Shown here: piece after piece, positions 53,089 to 64,000 of the stretch
Layout: every line of letters starts with the position of its first letter
Position numbering within the stretch: the stretch's first letter is position 1
Assembly: GCA_002269645.1 (NCBI GenBank)
Contig: NIVC01000396.1
Span: forward strand, 62,001-126,000
DNA length: 64,000 nucleotides
Direction: 5' to 3'
Source: Macrostomum lignano
Lineage: Eukaryota
Made by a program: the position numbers and the translations under genes
The notes under the pieces: generated by a model
What the model was told of the DNA's origin: nothing
The model's database searches: none
Seen by the model: the letters and a program-made list of their open reading frames with translations, nothing else

Positions 53089-55395
53089 TCACACCGTGGA
53101 CGTGATCTCCCCAACTGTCGGTCGCTGCTGCTCTCGGATCACCCTGAAGGAGGCTCTCGACGCCGGACTCGCTGTCACCGCCGTGTCACCCGCTGGCTGT
53201 CGAGTCGCTGGCAGCTGACGGCGACCGCCGGCAGTGACACCGGACTGGTCGAGGACGCTGACGCGGGCCCGCTGAGCCAGCAGGGAGCGGAGCTGCTCCG
53301 TCTGCCTCTCAAAGCCGCTGGCTCGCTCCGCCAGCTCCTGGCAGCGCAGCCGAAGCCGCCGAAGCTGCAGCCGCAGTCCGCCGGCTGACTCCGAATTTGC
53401 TGAATCGGCAATCGACGATGGCGTCGAGGAGGTCGGCCCCGCCGCCGCTAAAGTTGCCGCGGCTAGAGATTCGTCGTCCAGAGAGTCGGCATCGCTCTCC
53501 CGACTGCGGCGGCTCGTGCGCGGCCGCGCCACCAGCAGGTGCAGCGTCCAGTGCCGCTCCAGCATACGCTCGATGTCATCCGGCGACGCGGTCAGCACTG
53601 AGACGCCGTTCACCTCGACCAGGAGATCTCCGCTTCGCAAACCGCTGTCGGCACCACCGGCGGCGCCGTCCTCGGCGACGCTATCGATGGCGGTGAGGCG
53701 GCGCAGGCGCTCCAGCAGGCGCGGATTGGCGCGAAAGACGCCGCCAAAGCCGCCGCTGTCACCGTTGACAATGCCGATAGCCGGACTTCGGCCTACGGGG
53801 CCTGAAATGGCGTCAGCGGCGTCGGAAGCGTCCTTGGCGCCTTCAGCCGCTGGCAAGCGCAGCTGAGCGGTGTAGCAGTGAATGCCCCAGCCGTGAGTGA
53901 AAGAGCGCCGGTGCAGCCGGCGGCAGATAAGTCGGCAGACGGACAGCAGCTCCATCAGCGTCGGTCGCCACCTGCTGCTATCGGTGGCTTCGAACTCCTG
54001 CTCGACCAGAGCCGCTTGGCATTGAAAGTCGCGCTTAGTGCCGGTCAACTGGCGCTGGGCGGCGAGCTCGGCGCGGGCCCGGCGCGCCATCAAATCGTCT
54101 GGTCCGGCGGCGGGTAACCTCGGCAGCTGGCGCCGGGCCGCACCCGTTGCCGATGTCGGCGTTGTCGGCGTCAACGGCGTTGTCGGCGTGGTCGGCACGT
54201 TGTTCGTCGGCGTGGTCGGTGGCGAACTCTGCCGTGCAGCTATCACTCTGCGCTGAGCGACCTCACTTCGCGCGCTGCGGACGCTGCGCACGCTGCTGCG
54301 CGCGTTCGATGAATCCGCGGTCGTCTGACGACGGAACGAAGTCGCCGCCGATGCTGTGGACCTGTCGACGGCCTCCTCAGCCTCGGCGCTGCGTTTGGCC
54401 GGGGCAACTTCGGCATAATAAGCTGATCGCGGCGCCTCGCGCGCCGACATTGGCGCTTCGGTGCCCTCAAGTCGCTGAAGGCGGCGCGCAGCACCGCGTC
54501 TTCGCGTCAACGACTCGAAGCCGCTTCTCTCCAAACCGCTGCCGCCTCCTTTGCGTAGCCGGGCGCGCAGGTCGCTGGCAGCTGCCGCCTCCGCCGGCTC
54601 GGTCGGGCGGGTCAGCAGCGCGCGCTCGTACAGCTCGCGGTTCTCCGCCCGCAGGCGCTGCAGATCGCGGAAACTGTCGCGCAGGCGCGCCAGCGTCTCG
54701 CTACCGCCTCCCCCGCCTTTTTGTTCCGGTGGCTTCTGTGACGGCGGGTGCTGCTGCGGTGTCGGCGGCTTCGGTGACTGCACCGGCTGTTGAGCAGCTG
54801 GTTCTCCAGTGCGTCCAGTTCGCTTCAAATGAATCTCCAAGTCCTTCCTGGCCTGCTGGATGACCAGCGGACAGTCATCCGGGTCCAGCTGGCGCAGCTC
54901 GCGGCCCTCTGCGTCCCGCTCCGTCAGGACGAACTCCGCCGACTGACTGGCCGCCTTGGCGCCGTAGGAGGCCAACAGCAGCTGCAGCACCTCGCCAGCG
55001 GTTGTCCGCCTGGACACGAACAGCGACTTGCAGTAGCCGCCAGGCATCAAGCAGGCGGCGTCGTGGATTTTCACCAGGCCGCCGGAGCGCATGTGCATCA
55101 CCAGGAGGCTCGGCTTGCCGCCATTGCTGCTTTTCTTGTTTCTGGATAGAAGCAGCTGTGGGAGCAGCTTGGCATCATCCGGGAGGCCGCCGCCGCCGCC
55201 GCCTCCGGGATCCAGAGTGAAGTAGTACAGGCTGGGGTCCCTGGCGGCCATCCCGTGCCTGGCCAGCACCAGCGTGGCCAGATCCCTGGCAGTCATGCTC
55301 GGCTCGATCGCGAATTCCTCCGGCTGGGAGGCGCCGCTGGCAAAGCTGGACTGGACTCGAACCCGCGCCGTCGGCGGCTGTTCCGCTGTTGGCAT
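53089..55395 (-). CDS. Intronless scaffold: two Ras-association-like domains, coiled coils, PDZ domain, C-terminal PDZ ligand (768 aa)
   Basis: RA-like 1: RVRVQSSF..EEFAIEPSMTARDL..VLARHG..LYYF. RA-like 2: LVKIHDAACL..YCKSLFVSRRTTAGEVLQLLLASYG..FVLTE..LDPDDCPL. PDZ: HGWGI...LRSGDLLVEVNGVSV..IERML..LHLLVAR. Ends ITSTV. Confidence 0.75.
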   Translation of the reverse strand: MPTAEQPPTARVRVQSSFASGASQPEEFAIEPSMTARDLATLVLARHGMAARDPSLYYFTLDPGGGGGGGLPDDAKLLPQLLLSRNKKSSNGGKPSLLVMHMRSGGLVKIHDAACLMPGGYCKSLFVSRRTTAGEVLQLLLASYGAKAASQSAEFVLTERDAEGRELRQLDPDDCPLVIQQARKDLEIHLKRTGRTGEPAAQQPVQSPKPPTPQQHPPSQKPPEQKGGGGGSETLARLRDSFRDLQRLRAENRELYERALLTRPTEPAEAAAASDLRARLRKGGGSGLERSGFESLTRRRGAARRLQRLEGTEAPMSAREAPRSAYYAEVAPAKRSAEAEEAVDRSTASAATSFRRQTTADSSNARSSVRSVRSARSEVAQRRVIAARQSSPPTTPTNNVPTTPTTPLTPTTPTSATGAARRQLPRLPAAGPDDLMARRARAELAAQRQLTGTKRDFQCQAALVEQEFEATDSSRWRPTLMELLSVCRLICRRLHRRSFTHGWGIHCYTAQLRLPAAEGAKDASDAADAISGPVGRSPAIGIVNGDSGGFGGVFRANPRLLERLRRLTAIDSVAEDGAAGGADSGLRSGDLLVEVNGVSVLTASPDDIERMLERHWTLHLLVARPRTSRRSRESDADSLDDESLAAATLAAAGPTSSTPSSIADSANSESAGGLRLQLRRLRLRCQELAERASGFERQTEQLRSLLAQRARVSVLDQSGVTAGGRRQLPATRQPAGDTAVTASPASRASFRVIREQQRPTVGEITSTV

Positions 55396-56474
55396 TGTCG
55401 AGTGCGTCTGCAGTAGCTGGCCGGCCCAACTGCTTCAGGCAGTGTCTGCTGAGACCCGCAGGTGAGCGCAGGAGAGCATTAATAGCTAATGGAAATTGCA
55501 CACCCGCTGCCTCCTAAGGTAGCTGCGCTGTGCGCTGTGCGCCTTCGCCTCTTTCTGTCTGTCGCTTCCCTCCCTCTCTCTCTCTCTCCCACTCTCTGCA
55601 TAGGGCGTACAGCGCGAACCCGAACCCTTCCTGGCGAATGCCGACTCCATACTGACCAAAATGCGCTGCTTTGTGCAGCAGTATATGCTTTTCATTTTTC
55701 TTTACTGTCCCCCCACTCTGTCCGCCCCTCTCTCTCTGTGCCGGGCACGCAACCACCGGGTGCCAGAGAGGCAGAGTTAGGTTTGCCTGCACTTGGCGAG
55801 CGAAAGAAGAAAGCTGAAAAGAGAGACGAGAGACGCGCACTTGGGCCTCTAACTTGAATTGACACGATGAATAAAATGTCTGGAAGCGACGGAATGAGCA
55901 AGATTAAACGAATTGAAAGAAGAATTGGTTTAAAGAGAGACCAGGAAATGACCTGGATGATCGAGGATGGACCATAAGGAAACAAAGGACCAAAGAGTGG
56001 TCTACTAATGTAACCAATACGACCTACCTAAAAATAGGCACGCTGGCCATTGAAAAATGGCATCACCAAGAGATAAACGGCAAAATGAAGACGAGGCCTC
56101 ATACATTGCTCTTGCTCAAATGAACAAATCAAGTTTAAAACTAAGTCTGATATGCAGAGAGTTCTCAGTTCAGAATTAGATTGAAGTGGCCGCTGGAATG
56201 TGCTCGAGTCAATACGCCAAAATCTATGTTTGTCTTCAAGAACTGATGGGTTTGCCCGCCCTCAGAGATAGACAACAGAGATAAGTTAGTTAAACACAAT
56301 GAGCGATACAGACAGACAGTTTGACTGCACCATGTAGCTTGCAGACCTATCTATATATTTTATTATAAACCCAATGAGCAACGTTTTAAAAGAATACTAA
56401 AGCAAGCAAGCACTTTGGAGCATCATAAATTATCATAAATCAAGTGGGCAAGAATTCGCAGATGAAGGCTGTAT

Positions 56475-59400
56475 CTACTTCTTCAGCTCCGCCGCCTGTC
56501 GTTTCTCCAGCTCCAAAGCTTCGTCCACAGCCGCCTCGAACAGCTGCGAGTGCGGAATCGGCCTGGAAGTCTGGAATCCCCATTTGGGATAAACGTGGGC
56601 CAGCACAGGGCTGATTGCCCTGTTGTTAGGAAGCAGCTGACCTGGCGGATTGAGAGGAATTGTCACTAGCATTACCGCTAGTAGAGATAGTAAAATAGTA
56701 GCCTCTCCGCCAAGCACAGCCAATCATCAGCCACCCCACTCCGCCCAGCACAGCCAATCATCAGCCACCCCACTCCGCCCAGCACAGCCAATTATCAGCC
56801 ACAGCACAGCCAATTATCAGCCAACTCCGCCTAGCACAGCCAATTATCAAACTCGGCACTCCGCCTAGCTCGTAGCAAGCCAATTATCAACCCCACTCCG
56901 CTCCGCACAGCCAATTATCAGCCACCCCACTCCGCTCCGCACAGCCAATAATCAGCCACCCCACTCCGCTCCGCACAGCCAATCATCGCCACCACCGCTC
57001 CGCACAGCCAATCATCGCCACCACCCCACTCCGCCCAGCGCAGCCAGTTATCAGTCACTCCACCTAACCCAACCAATAGGAAACCACTTCAGCACTCACT
57101 AAGTTGTTTGCCAAACAGCGGCTTTCCTAGCTTTTTCTGCGGCATGTTTAGGTGCATCTGTCCCTCCCAGGTCGCCGAGGCGGGGCCCAGCCTGTCTGCG
57201 CACACTGCCAGCCAAGATTGTCTGGCAGCATCTCGGAGGCAAGTAGGCGCGGCCTATTACGCTCAATATCAAAAGGCACCGCCTCGTGGAAAGCTCGATT
57301 AGTTGATTCAAGGCATTGCCGAAATTTTTTTATTGCAGAGTCTGACGGGCCGCGAAGCAGCAGAAGGGAGTAGCGACACCACCTGCTCAATTTGGCAGAC
57401 TGATTTTACTATTAAATATGAATAGACAGGGATTGGAAATATTATTTTGTGCTTCATTTTTACAACCTTACTACATTAGATGGAATGGTGAGCGCTTTGG
57501 GGTGGTGGGCGTTATGGGGTGGTGGGCTGTGGGGTGGTGTGCACTGTGTGGTGGTGTGCACTGTGTGGTGGTGTGCACTGTGGGGTGGTGTGCACTGTGT
57601 GGTGGTGGGCACTGTGTGGTGGTGAGCGCTGTTCAGTGGTGGGCACTGTGGGTGGTGGGCGCTGGGGGTTGGTGGGCACTGTGGGTGGTGGGCGCTGTGG
57701 GTTGGTGGGCACGTGGTGGTGGTCGCTGTTGTGTGGTGGGCTCTGTGGGGTGGTGGGAACTGTGTGGTGGTGTGCACTGTGTGGTGGTGGGCGCTGTGGG
57801 GTGGTGGGCGCTGTGGGGTGGTGGGCACTGTGGGTGGTGGGCGCTGTGGGTTGGTGGGCACGTGGTGGTGGTCGCTGTTGTGTGGTGGGCTCTGTGGGGT
57901 GGTGGGAACTGTGTGGTGGTGTGCACTGTGTGGTGGTGGGCGCTGTGGGGTGGTGGGCGCTGTGGGGTGGTGGGCACTGTGGGGTGGTGGGCGCTGTGGG
58001 GTGGTGGGCACTGTGTGGTGGTGGGCACTGTGTGGTGGTGGGCGCTGTTCAGTGGTGGGCACTGTGGGTGGTGGGCGCTGTGGGTTGGTGGGCACGTGGT
58101 GGTGGTCGCTGTTGTGTGGTGGGCACTGTGGGGTGGAGGGCGCTTAAAACAGATTTGAACTAAAGAGAGTAGTTTTGATTAATATGTCTTCGGACTGTTT
58201 CAAGTGTACAGTTTTATTTAGAATAATTCCAGCTATTCATAGTATTTATAGACGGGTATTGTCTCCACTCACTTCACCACCCGCTTGACAATGATGCGCC
58301 TAGTGAAGATAAGCTCGCAGGCGCAGCGTAGCGCAATTGCCCGGTACTTGGGCGCATTGTCCAGCAGGTCAGCCAAGGCCGGACTCTTTAGCGGAAGCAG
58401 CATCGCCTCGTCTGATACGCTGGCCACCATGATGCTGAGATGGCCTATGGAGAGTCAGATTCAGAAACTGTTGTCTAATGCTAGATTTACTGATTTGCTG
58501 TTCCAGATACCCGATTCCAGATACCCGATTCCAGATACCCGATTCCAGATACCCGATTCCAGATACCCGATTCCAGATACCCGATTCCAGATACCCGATT
58601 CCAGATACCCGATTCCAGATACCCGATTCCAGATACCCGATTCCAGATACCCGATTCCAGATACCCGATTCCAGATACCCGATTCCAGATACCCGATTCC
58701 AGATACCCGATTCCAGATACCCGATTCCAGATACCCGATTCCAGATACCCGATTCCAGATACCCGATTCCAGATACCCGATTCCAGATACCCGATTCCAG
58801 ATACCCGATTCCAGATACCCGATTCCAGATACCCGATTCCAGATACCCGATTCCAGATACCCGATTCCAGATACCCGATTCCAGATACCCGATTCCAGAT
58901 ACCCGATTCCAGATACCCGATTCCAGATACCCGATTCCAGATACCCGATTCCAGATACCCGATTCCAGATACCCGATTCCAGATACCCGATACTCAATTC
59001 CGCAGCACCAATCCCAGATACCATGAACAAGTCTTCCAGTCACGATCCCAAAGACCCGCTTTCCAATTTCCTGAGATCGGAGTTCATGAGATCGGGGTTG
59101 ACCTCTAACCAGTGCTAACGCTTGCCATTGTACTCACCAAACACAAGGCTCGGAGATTTCTTCACTGCAGCCATCGGCTGGGTCAGAATTCGAGGCGGTG
59201 GTACTGGGAACGTGTGCGACTCACCCTCGAGCTGCAATGGTTAAGTTAATTTTTTTTTTGGTTTTCTAAAAGTAGACTAAACTTGAATTATGAGCGTATT
59301 AAATGAACGAACTAATTTCTAAAATATAGCATGGTTTGTAGTCGTAAACTCGCCTCAGCTTTCATCTCATCATCGTCATCGGACTCCTCCTCGCGAGATT

Positions 59401-60387
59401 CTTCGCTTGTCTCGTTTGGCGATCCGGCCTCCAGCTCAACTTCCTTCGTCTCCGATTCGTTCCCGTCCTGAGTGTCATCGGTTGTGTTCGCCGGCTTGCC
59501 CTCCGAGCTCCTGGAGAGTTTGTTTAAGTTAGAAGCTGAGAAATGAATCCAATAATCAAACATTTTCTCACGTTGTAGGGGTCGCCTTAGAGTGAGGTTG
59601 GTGCGGGGCGAGTTGGGTGCGGAGCGAGGTGGGTGCGGAGCGAGGTGGGTGCGGAGCGAGGTGGATGCGGAATGAGATGGGTGCGGAATGAGGTTGGTGC
59701 GGAGTGAGGTGGGTGCCGAGTAAGGTGGGTGCGGAGTGAGGTGGGTGCGGAGTGAGGTGGGTGCGGAATGAGGTTGGTGCGGAGTGAGGTGGGCGCGGAG
59801 TGAGGTGGGTGCGGAGTGAGGTGGGTGCGGAGTGAGGTGGGTGCGGAGTCATGTCGGATTTTCATTCACTGCGCTAGTTATTGCATTCATATAGCGACAA
59901 TAATTATTCAACCTAAACTCACAATTTTTGTCGAAAGTCAACTTCAAATTTTGGTGCCGAAGTTGTGATGGCGGAACTTTCTGTAGCTCCGCCCTGTTTA
60001 AAATCGACCTCAAATTTCGGCATCGACGTTGAGCTGTCCGGCTGACTTTTCTCCGTTTGTGTGGACTGCTGATTGAAGTCCAACTGCACATTGGGCTGGC
60101 TTGACGAGGAAAGCGTCTTGCCCTGGAACTCATAGTCTGTGCCCGGCTGCTCAGCCTGTTGGATTTCCTGAGCGGCGGAGTCCGACTGCGTCGACGGCCT
60201 GCCACGGAACTCGTAGTCCGTGCCCAATGGAGGATCCTCCTGCTGGGGACTCTCGCCTCCAGCTGGCGGTGTGGCGACAAGCTGAGCAGAGGCAGACAGG
60301 CTGAGTTTGCCTCGGAATTCGAAGTCTGTATTGAGCCGGTGCGGCTGCTGCCCAGACGGGGTCGCACCGTCGGATGGCCCGTTGAGG
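56475..60387 (-). CDS. Unrecognised multi-exon gene (acidic low-complexity middle, apparently globular C-terminus); 5' exons unresolved
   Basis: Phase-compatible exons 59923..60387, 59354..59510, 59138..59231, 58273..58444, 57204..57382 (weak donor), 56475..56641. One intron is GC-AG (GAG|GCGAGT, 59353-59232). Further candidate exons near 60430-60700 and 61250-61420 could not be joined cleanly. Confidence 0.6.
56715..57060. repeat. Degenerate ~30-bp CCAAT/GC-box-rich minisatellite (intronic)
   Basis: CACAGCCAATYATCAGCCACCCCACTCCGCYC repeats. Confidence 0.8.
57500..58135. repeat. GT-rich degenerate minisatellite (intronic)
   Basis: (GTGGTGGGCRCTGTG)n-like units. Confidence 0.9.
58500..58992. 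repeat. Perfect 14-bp array (TTCCAGATACCCGA)n, ~35 units (intronic)
   Basis: Direct reading. Confidence 0.97.
59590..59850. repeat. 16-bp minisatellite (GCGGAGTGAGGTGGGT)n (intronic)
   Basis: Direct reading; related to 60765-61075. Confidence 0.92.
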
Positions 60388-60764
60388 CTGAAAAATTATC
60401 ACATTCATAAATTTATAGCATTCATACAATATAGGAGTCAGTGAGACGGTCCAGGCAGAATCGTCGCCGTGTTTTAACGTGCTCTTCGAGAGATTTCAAG
60501 TCCAAGCCTCTCGATGTTTTAGAGCTGGACAACGGTGCTCCATGGTGCTCAGGTTTTGTCTTCACAAGACAAAGGGCAATCAAAGCCAGCTTGCGGCGAC
60601 TCCGCAGTTCCTTGCGAACTGGGGTAAGTTCCATTGTGCAAAGCCGGCCGTGAGGCAATGCTAACCACTCCGCCGACTCCATTGAGCGGCCACACACGCA
60701 GAGGTACACTTTTACAAGTACATACTGCTCTTTATTGGTTGGCAGTGTAGAGTTTGACTGTGAG

Positions 60765-61075
60765 GGTGTGTGCGGAGCGAGGTGGGTGTGGAGTGAGGTG
60801 AGTGTGGAGTGAATTGAGGTGTGTGCGGAGCGAGGTAGTTGTGGAGTGAGGTGAGTGTAGAGCGAGATGGGTGTGGAGTGAGGTGGGTGTAGAGCGAGAT
60901 GGGTGTGGAGTGAGGTGGGTGTGGAGTGAGGTGGGTGTGGAGTGAGGTGGGTGTGGAGTGAGGTGGGTGTGGAGTGAGGTGGGTGTGGAGTGAGGTGGGT
61001 GTGGAGTGAGGTGGGTGTGGAGTGAGGTGGGTGTGGAGTGAGGTGGGTGTGGAGTGAGGTGGGTGTGGAGTGAGG
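60765..61075. repeat. 16-bp minisatellite (GTGGAGTGAGGTGGGT)n
   Basis: Direct reading; differs from the 59590 array mainly by C>T at the CpG. Confidence 0.92.
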
Positions 61076-61939
61076 GAGGTGGATGTAGAATGAGAGGTGT
61101 GTGCGAGTTGAATTCAAGCCAAACCTTAATGTGGCCAACCCTAAAACAGAATCGGGGCCGTATTTGGGGAATAAAAAGTACAAAGAACATCAGCATTCAC
61201 ACAAATTCATCCATATTTCAATTCAATAAACTCACGAATTTGAACGACACAGAGTGAATTCACTGCTCGAAATTGATCTATTCTCATTGAACCAACTCGG
61301 TTGAGCCTGAGCTGACTTCTTTGCATTGCGTCATCGAATGCCGTATTCGTTGTTGACTCCTCCGTAGCCCTTGATAAATGTTGTTTAGCCTTGACGCTTA
61401 AATTATTAGAATCGCGTGAAAAGGCAACTTGATGAAGGGAAACTAACCGAATTTCACTTACACACTCGCCGTACTTGTTGTCGCATTGCGCTGACCCTGG
61501 ATCTAAAATTTAGCCGTGATGGAATAACTATGGACCCATCTGCACTCGTACTGATATCGTTTGGTAAACTCATATTTAAACAGGCAGAGTAAAGTTCTTA
61601 CATGTACTTACAAAAAGCAGGTGCATGTCTGGAGGAGCCCGAATGATCTGCTATTGAAATGCAGCAAAGTGTGACTCGCCATGAGATATCTCACTCATTC
61701 GTTTAAGTATTCCATCGCATTAAATAAAGAGCTGAGGTCATAGACAAAGTATTTTCAATGCATTAATTACTTCCGTATAAAGTTAAACTTTTTGACTCAA
61801 TGGTCAGATAGAGAACCCAGCGCATAACTGCGGGCCAGAGGAGGGGAGAGAGGGAAGGGAAAAGAGAAGAGAGAAGAGAGATAGGAGAAAGGAGAGGCGA
61901 GGGAATAAAGACGAGAGGAGAGGGGTTGACCCTCTGCGC

Positions 61940-62052
61940 TCGCTGATTGGCTGGTTTTTTTTCTCTCACCCTCACCCCCATTGCGTATTTTCTCTCTGCC
62001 CCGGCCGTTCGGCGTGGCTGAGGACAACCCCAGGCCTTTACGCTGATTGGAC
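61940..62052. promoter_or_regulatory. Two CCAAT-box (NF-Y-like) motifs 100 bp apart; candidate promoter of the unrecognised minus-strand gene
   Basis: CGCTGATTGG at 61941-61950 and 62041-62050, in the gap between the kinesin stop and the next gene. Confidence 0.3.
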
Positions 62053-62631
62053 GCTGTCCTAAAATCTCTTCCCCTACCAGTTTATGCCCTCAAACTTTAG
62101 GACAATGCAATTTGACTGCAAGACCACTGCTGACTCTACGAGTAAGTCTTCTAGGTTGTCAGTGCAGCGGTTACATTCAAATGATCATAAAAAGTCCGCA
62201 TCCGCATTAATACGAATAGCCTCATAAGCTTTCACATTCTAGCCAATAAATAGACAGTAGCTTAGTATATTTTAGTAGCTAAAAAACCAATTGCAGAGTT
62301 AAGTGCAAAAGACGAAAAAAAGAGATAAACGCCTAATAATTACAAAAGCCATTGGGAACAAAAAAGTGCAAAATGCAAAGCCACAGGTAGCAACCTCTGA
62401 GTACAATTAGTTGCGTAGGCAATTCGCTACTAAGTTCAGATTTACAGCTTTTGATTCTAAATCTCCAATCAAAAGCTTTTAGCTAAACGGCTTCACAGAT
62501 CGAAGCTACTAAAAGCCTTGTGGCTGAGCAGATTGAAACTACTAGAATACTGAGAGCATCAATTTTAGCACTATAAATATGCAAATCGGCCCACGCAGTT
62601 GTGGCTGAAGAACCCCGGAGCCCAGCCCAGC

Positions 62632-64000
62632 TCAGTCATGCCGAATGCTCGTCCCCGCGGTTGTGGCTGAAGCGGCTGTGGCTGCGTCAGCGTCAACGGC
62701 TGCAGCGGCAGCGGCTGCGCAGTCAGCCGGCTGGGTCTGCATCGCGCTGTGGCCGAACATCAGCGAGCGTATCGTCTCGTCCAGGTGGTTCACAGACTCG
62801 CGCACCGTGACGATCACTAAGCACCGAGAGCTGCCAGTCAAGTGCGGCTGCAGCAGGCGGGTGAGCTTGCTCTCACGGAAGCAGGGCCGCTGCCTTTTTC
62901 GCAGATCTTCGAACACCTTGCCCAGGCTGAGCAGTGACCGGTTGATGGCGGACGCTTCGCGAAGGCCGGCGCCGCACACGCCCGACTTCTGAACGGACTC
63001 GGAGCCCGCTAGGTCGCAGAGGGTCAGGGTGCTGGTCACCGACTGACTCGTGACTGTACAGGCGTCAGTGAGATGATGGTCTGGTTACTAAGTTAGTCTC
63101 GGTGAACTATCACTGACGTCTCACTGCTCAAAACGCATAATTCTCAAATTTTTTAATGATAAAGAAGAAAAACTCACGCTCAGAGGCAGCACCACTTTCG
63201 CCGCTGACCCGCAGCATGACAATCACGTGACTTCGGGAGCTGACCCCATTGAGCCTGGTGGCCGAGTAGATTCGGGTCCGTTCGCAGCGCGCGATGCACC
63301 GGTCAATGTCGGCTTCGGACGTCACCGGGATCTCCGTGAGGCCTTGGATTGCAGCCGCGCCGCTGACGTCAGTCATGAGTTTCAGCCCCTTCGGAGCGGT
63401 GCCGCCAGCGTTGGCTGCTCGAGGCGGTCGAAGGAGATCGCGAATGTCTTCGTTGTAGACCTCAACCGCGCACATTGCGAAGCTGAACTGCCAGCCGGAG
63501 CGGCCGCGGCAAGCCCGCAGCACGGAGGCGATGGCCAGACGGTTGACGCCCGGGTTCAGCTGATCGCCAACCATGGTGTGGGTCTTGCCTGTCTGGGAGC
63601 CGGTTGGGGAGGAAGCTGCTTGAAAGGATCGTAAAAATCTGTACAATAAGCTTTCTTGTTTAAGCCTGGTGACGCGTGTGACTCCCTGATCTACTTGATC
63701 TGATTGATGATGCATCCAGAATATGCTTTTCATTTGCCGGTCACGATTCTTTAGTCTGCAGCTGGGTCACTTCGATTCATCCGCTCCGAGGTTCATTGCT
63801 CTACTTTGGGGATCTTTTGCGACGACTTGTTTTGCTCCTGCTGTAGATCGTAGCACGATTATTAAAGATCCCTAAGCAAGCCCTACAGTTTTCAATGACA
63901 ATCACGAAAGCATCAGTTAGCCTCACCGCTGCCCGTCTGTCCGTAAGCCATGATGCAGACATTGTGGCCGCTGCAGCAGGAGCCGACGAGCTCCGTCATG
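62632..64000 (-). CDS. Kinesin with C-terminal motor domain (kinesin-14, KIFC/KIF25-like), 3' exons only
   Basis: complement(join(62632..63053,63178..63588,63927..>64000)), phases 1,1. P-loop AYGQTGSGKT, VEVYNEDIRDLL, SSRSH, LCDLAGSE, INRSLLSLGKV, FRESKLTRLLQ. The motor ends ~40 aa before the stop. Confidence 0.9.

Noticed and set aside
39594-59118. Repeat ORFs at 39594, 41040, 42055-43341, 45576-46850, 47205-48408, 49038-50678, 57418-58163, 58285-59118
   Set aside because: Same reason: all coincide with intronic minisatellites of genes whose exons splice around them.

Overview
Eukaryotic (animal) genomic DNA with GC-rich exons, short AT-rich spacers and a very high density of tandem repeats. 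The style (Ala/Gln-rich low-complexity coding, intron-filling minisatellites) resembles the flatworm Macrostomum, but species identity is my inference only. I reconstructed spliced models by hand, checking splice sites and phase, for: CISD2, DNAI7/CASC1 (one frameshift), an intronless aquaglyceroporin, a gustatory-receptor-like 7TM channel, calcineurin B, a FAM181/YAP-type TEAD omega-loop protein, ANKRD6/diversin, a choline kinase with two alternative first coding exons, an intronless RA-RA-PDZ scaffold, an unrecognised multi-exon gene with a GC-AG intron, and the 3' part of a kinesin-14. Mobile DNA comprises two 5'-truncated LINEs, three tRNA-derived SINEs and a dispersed element that seeds a minisatellite. 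About 20 different minisatellites are present, most filling an individual intron. Several carry transcription-factor or splice-donor-like motifs, and many show CpG-decay variants. Most long ORFs in the supplied track are translations of these arrays and are not genes. No CRISPR array, rRNA or intact tRNA was seen.
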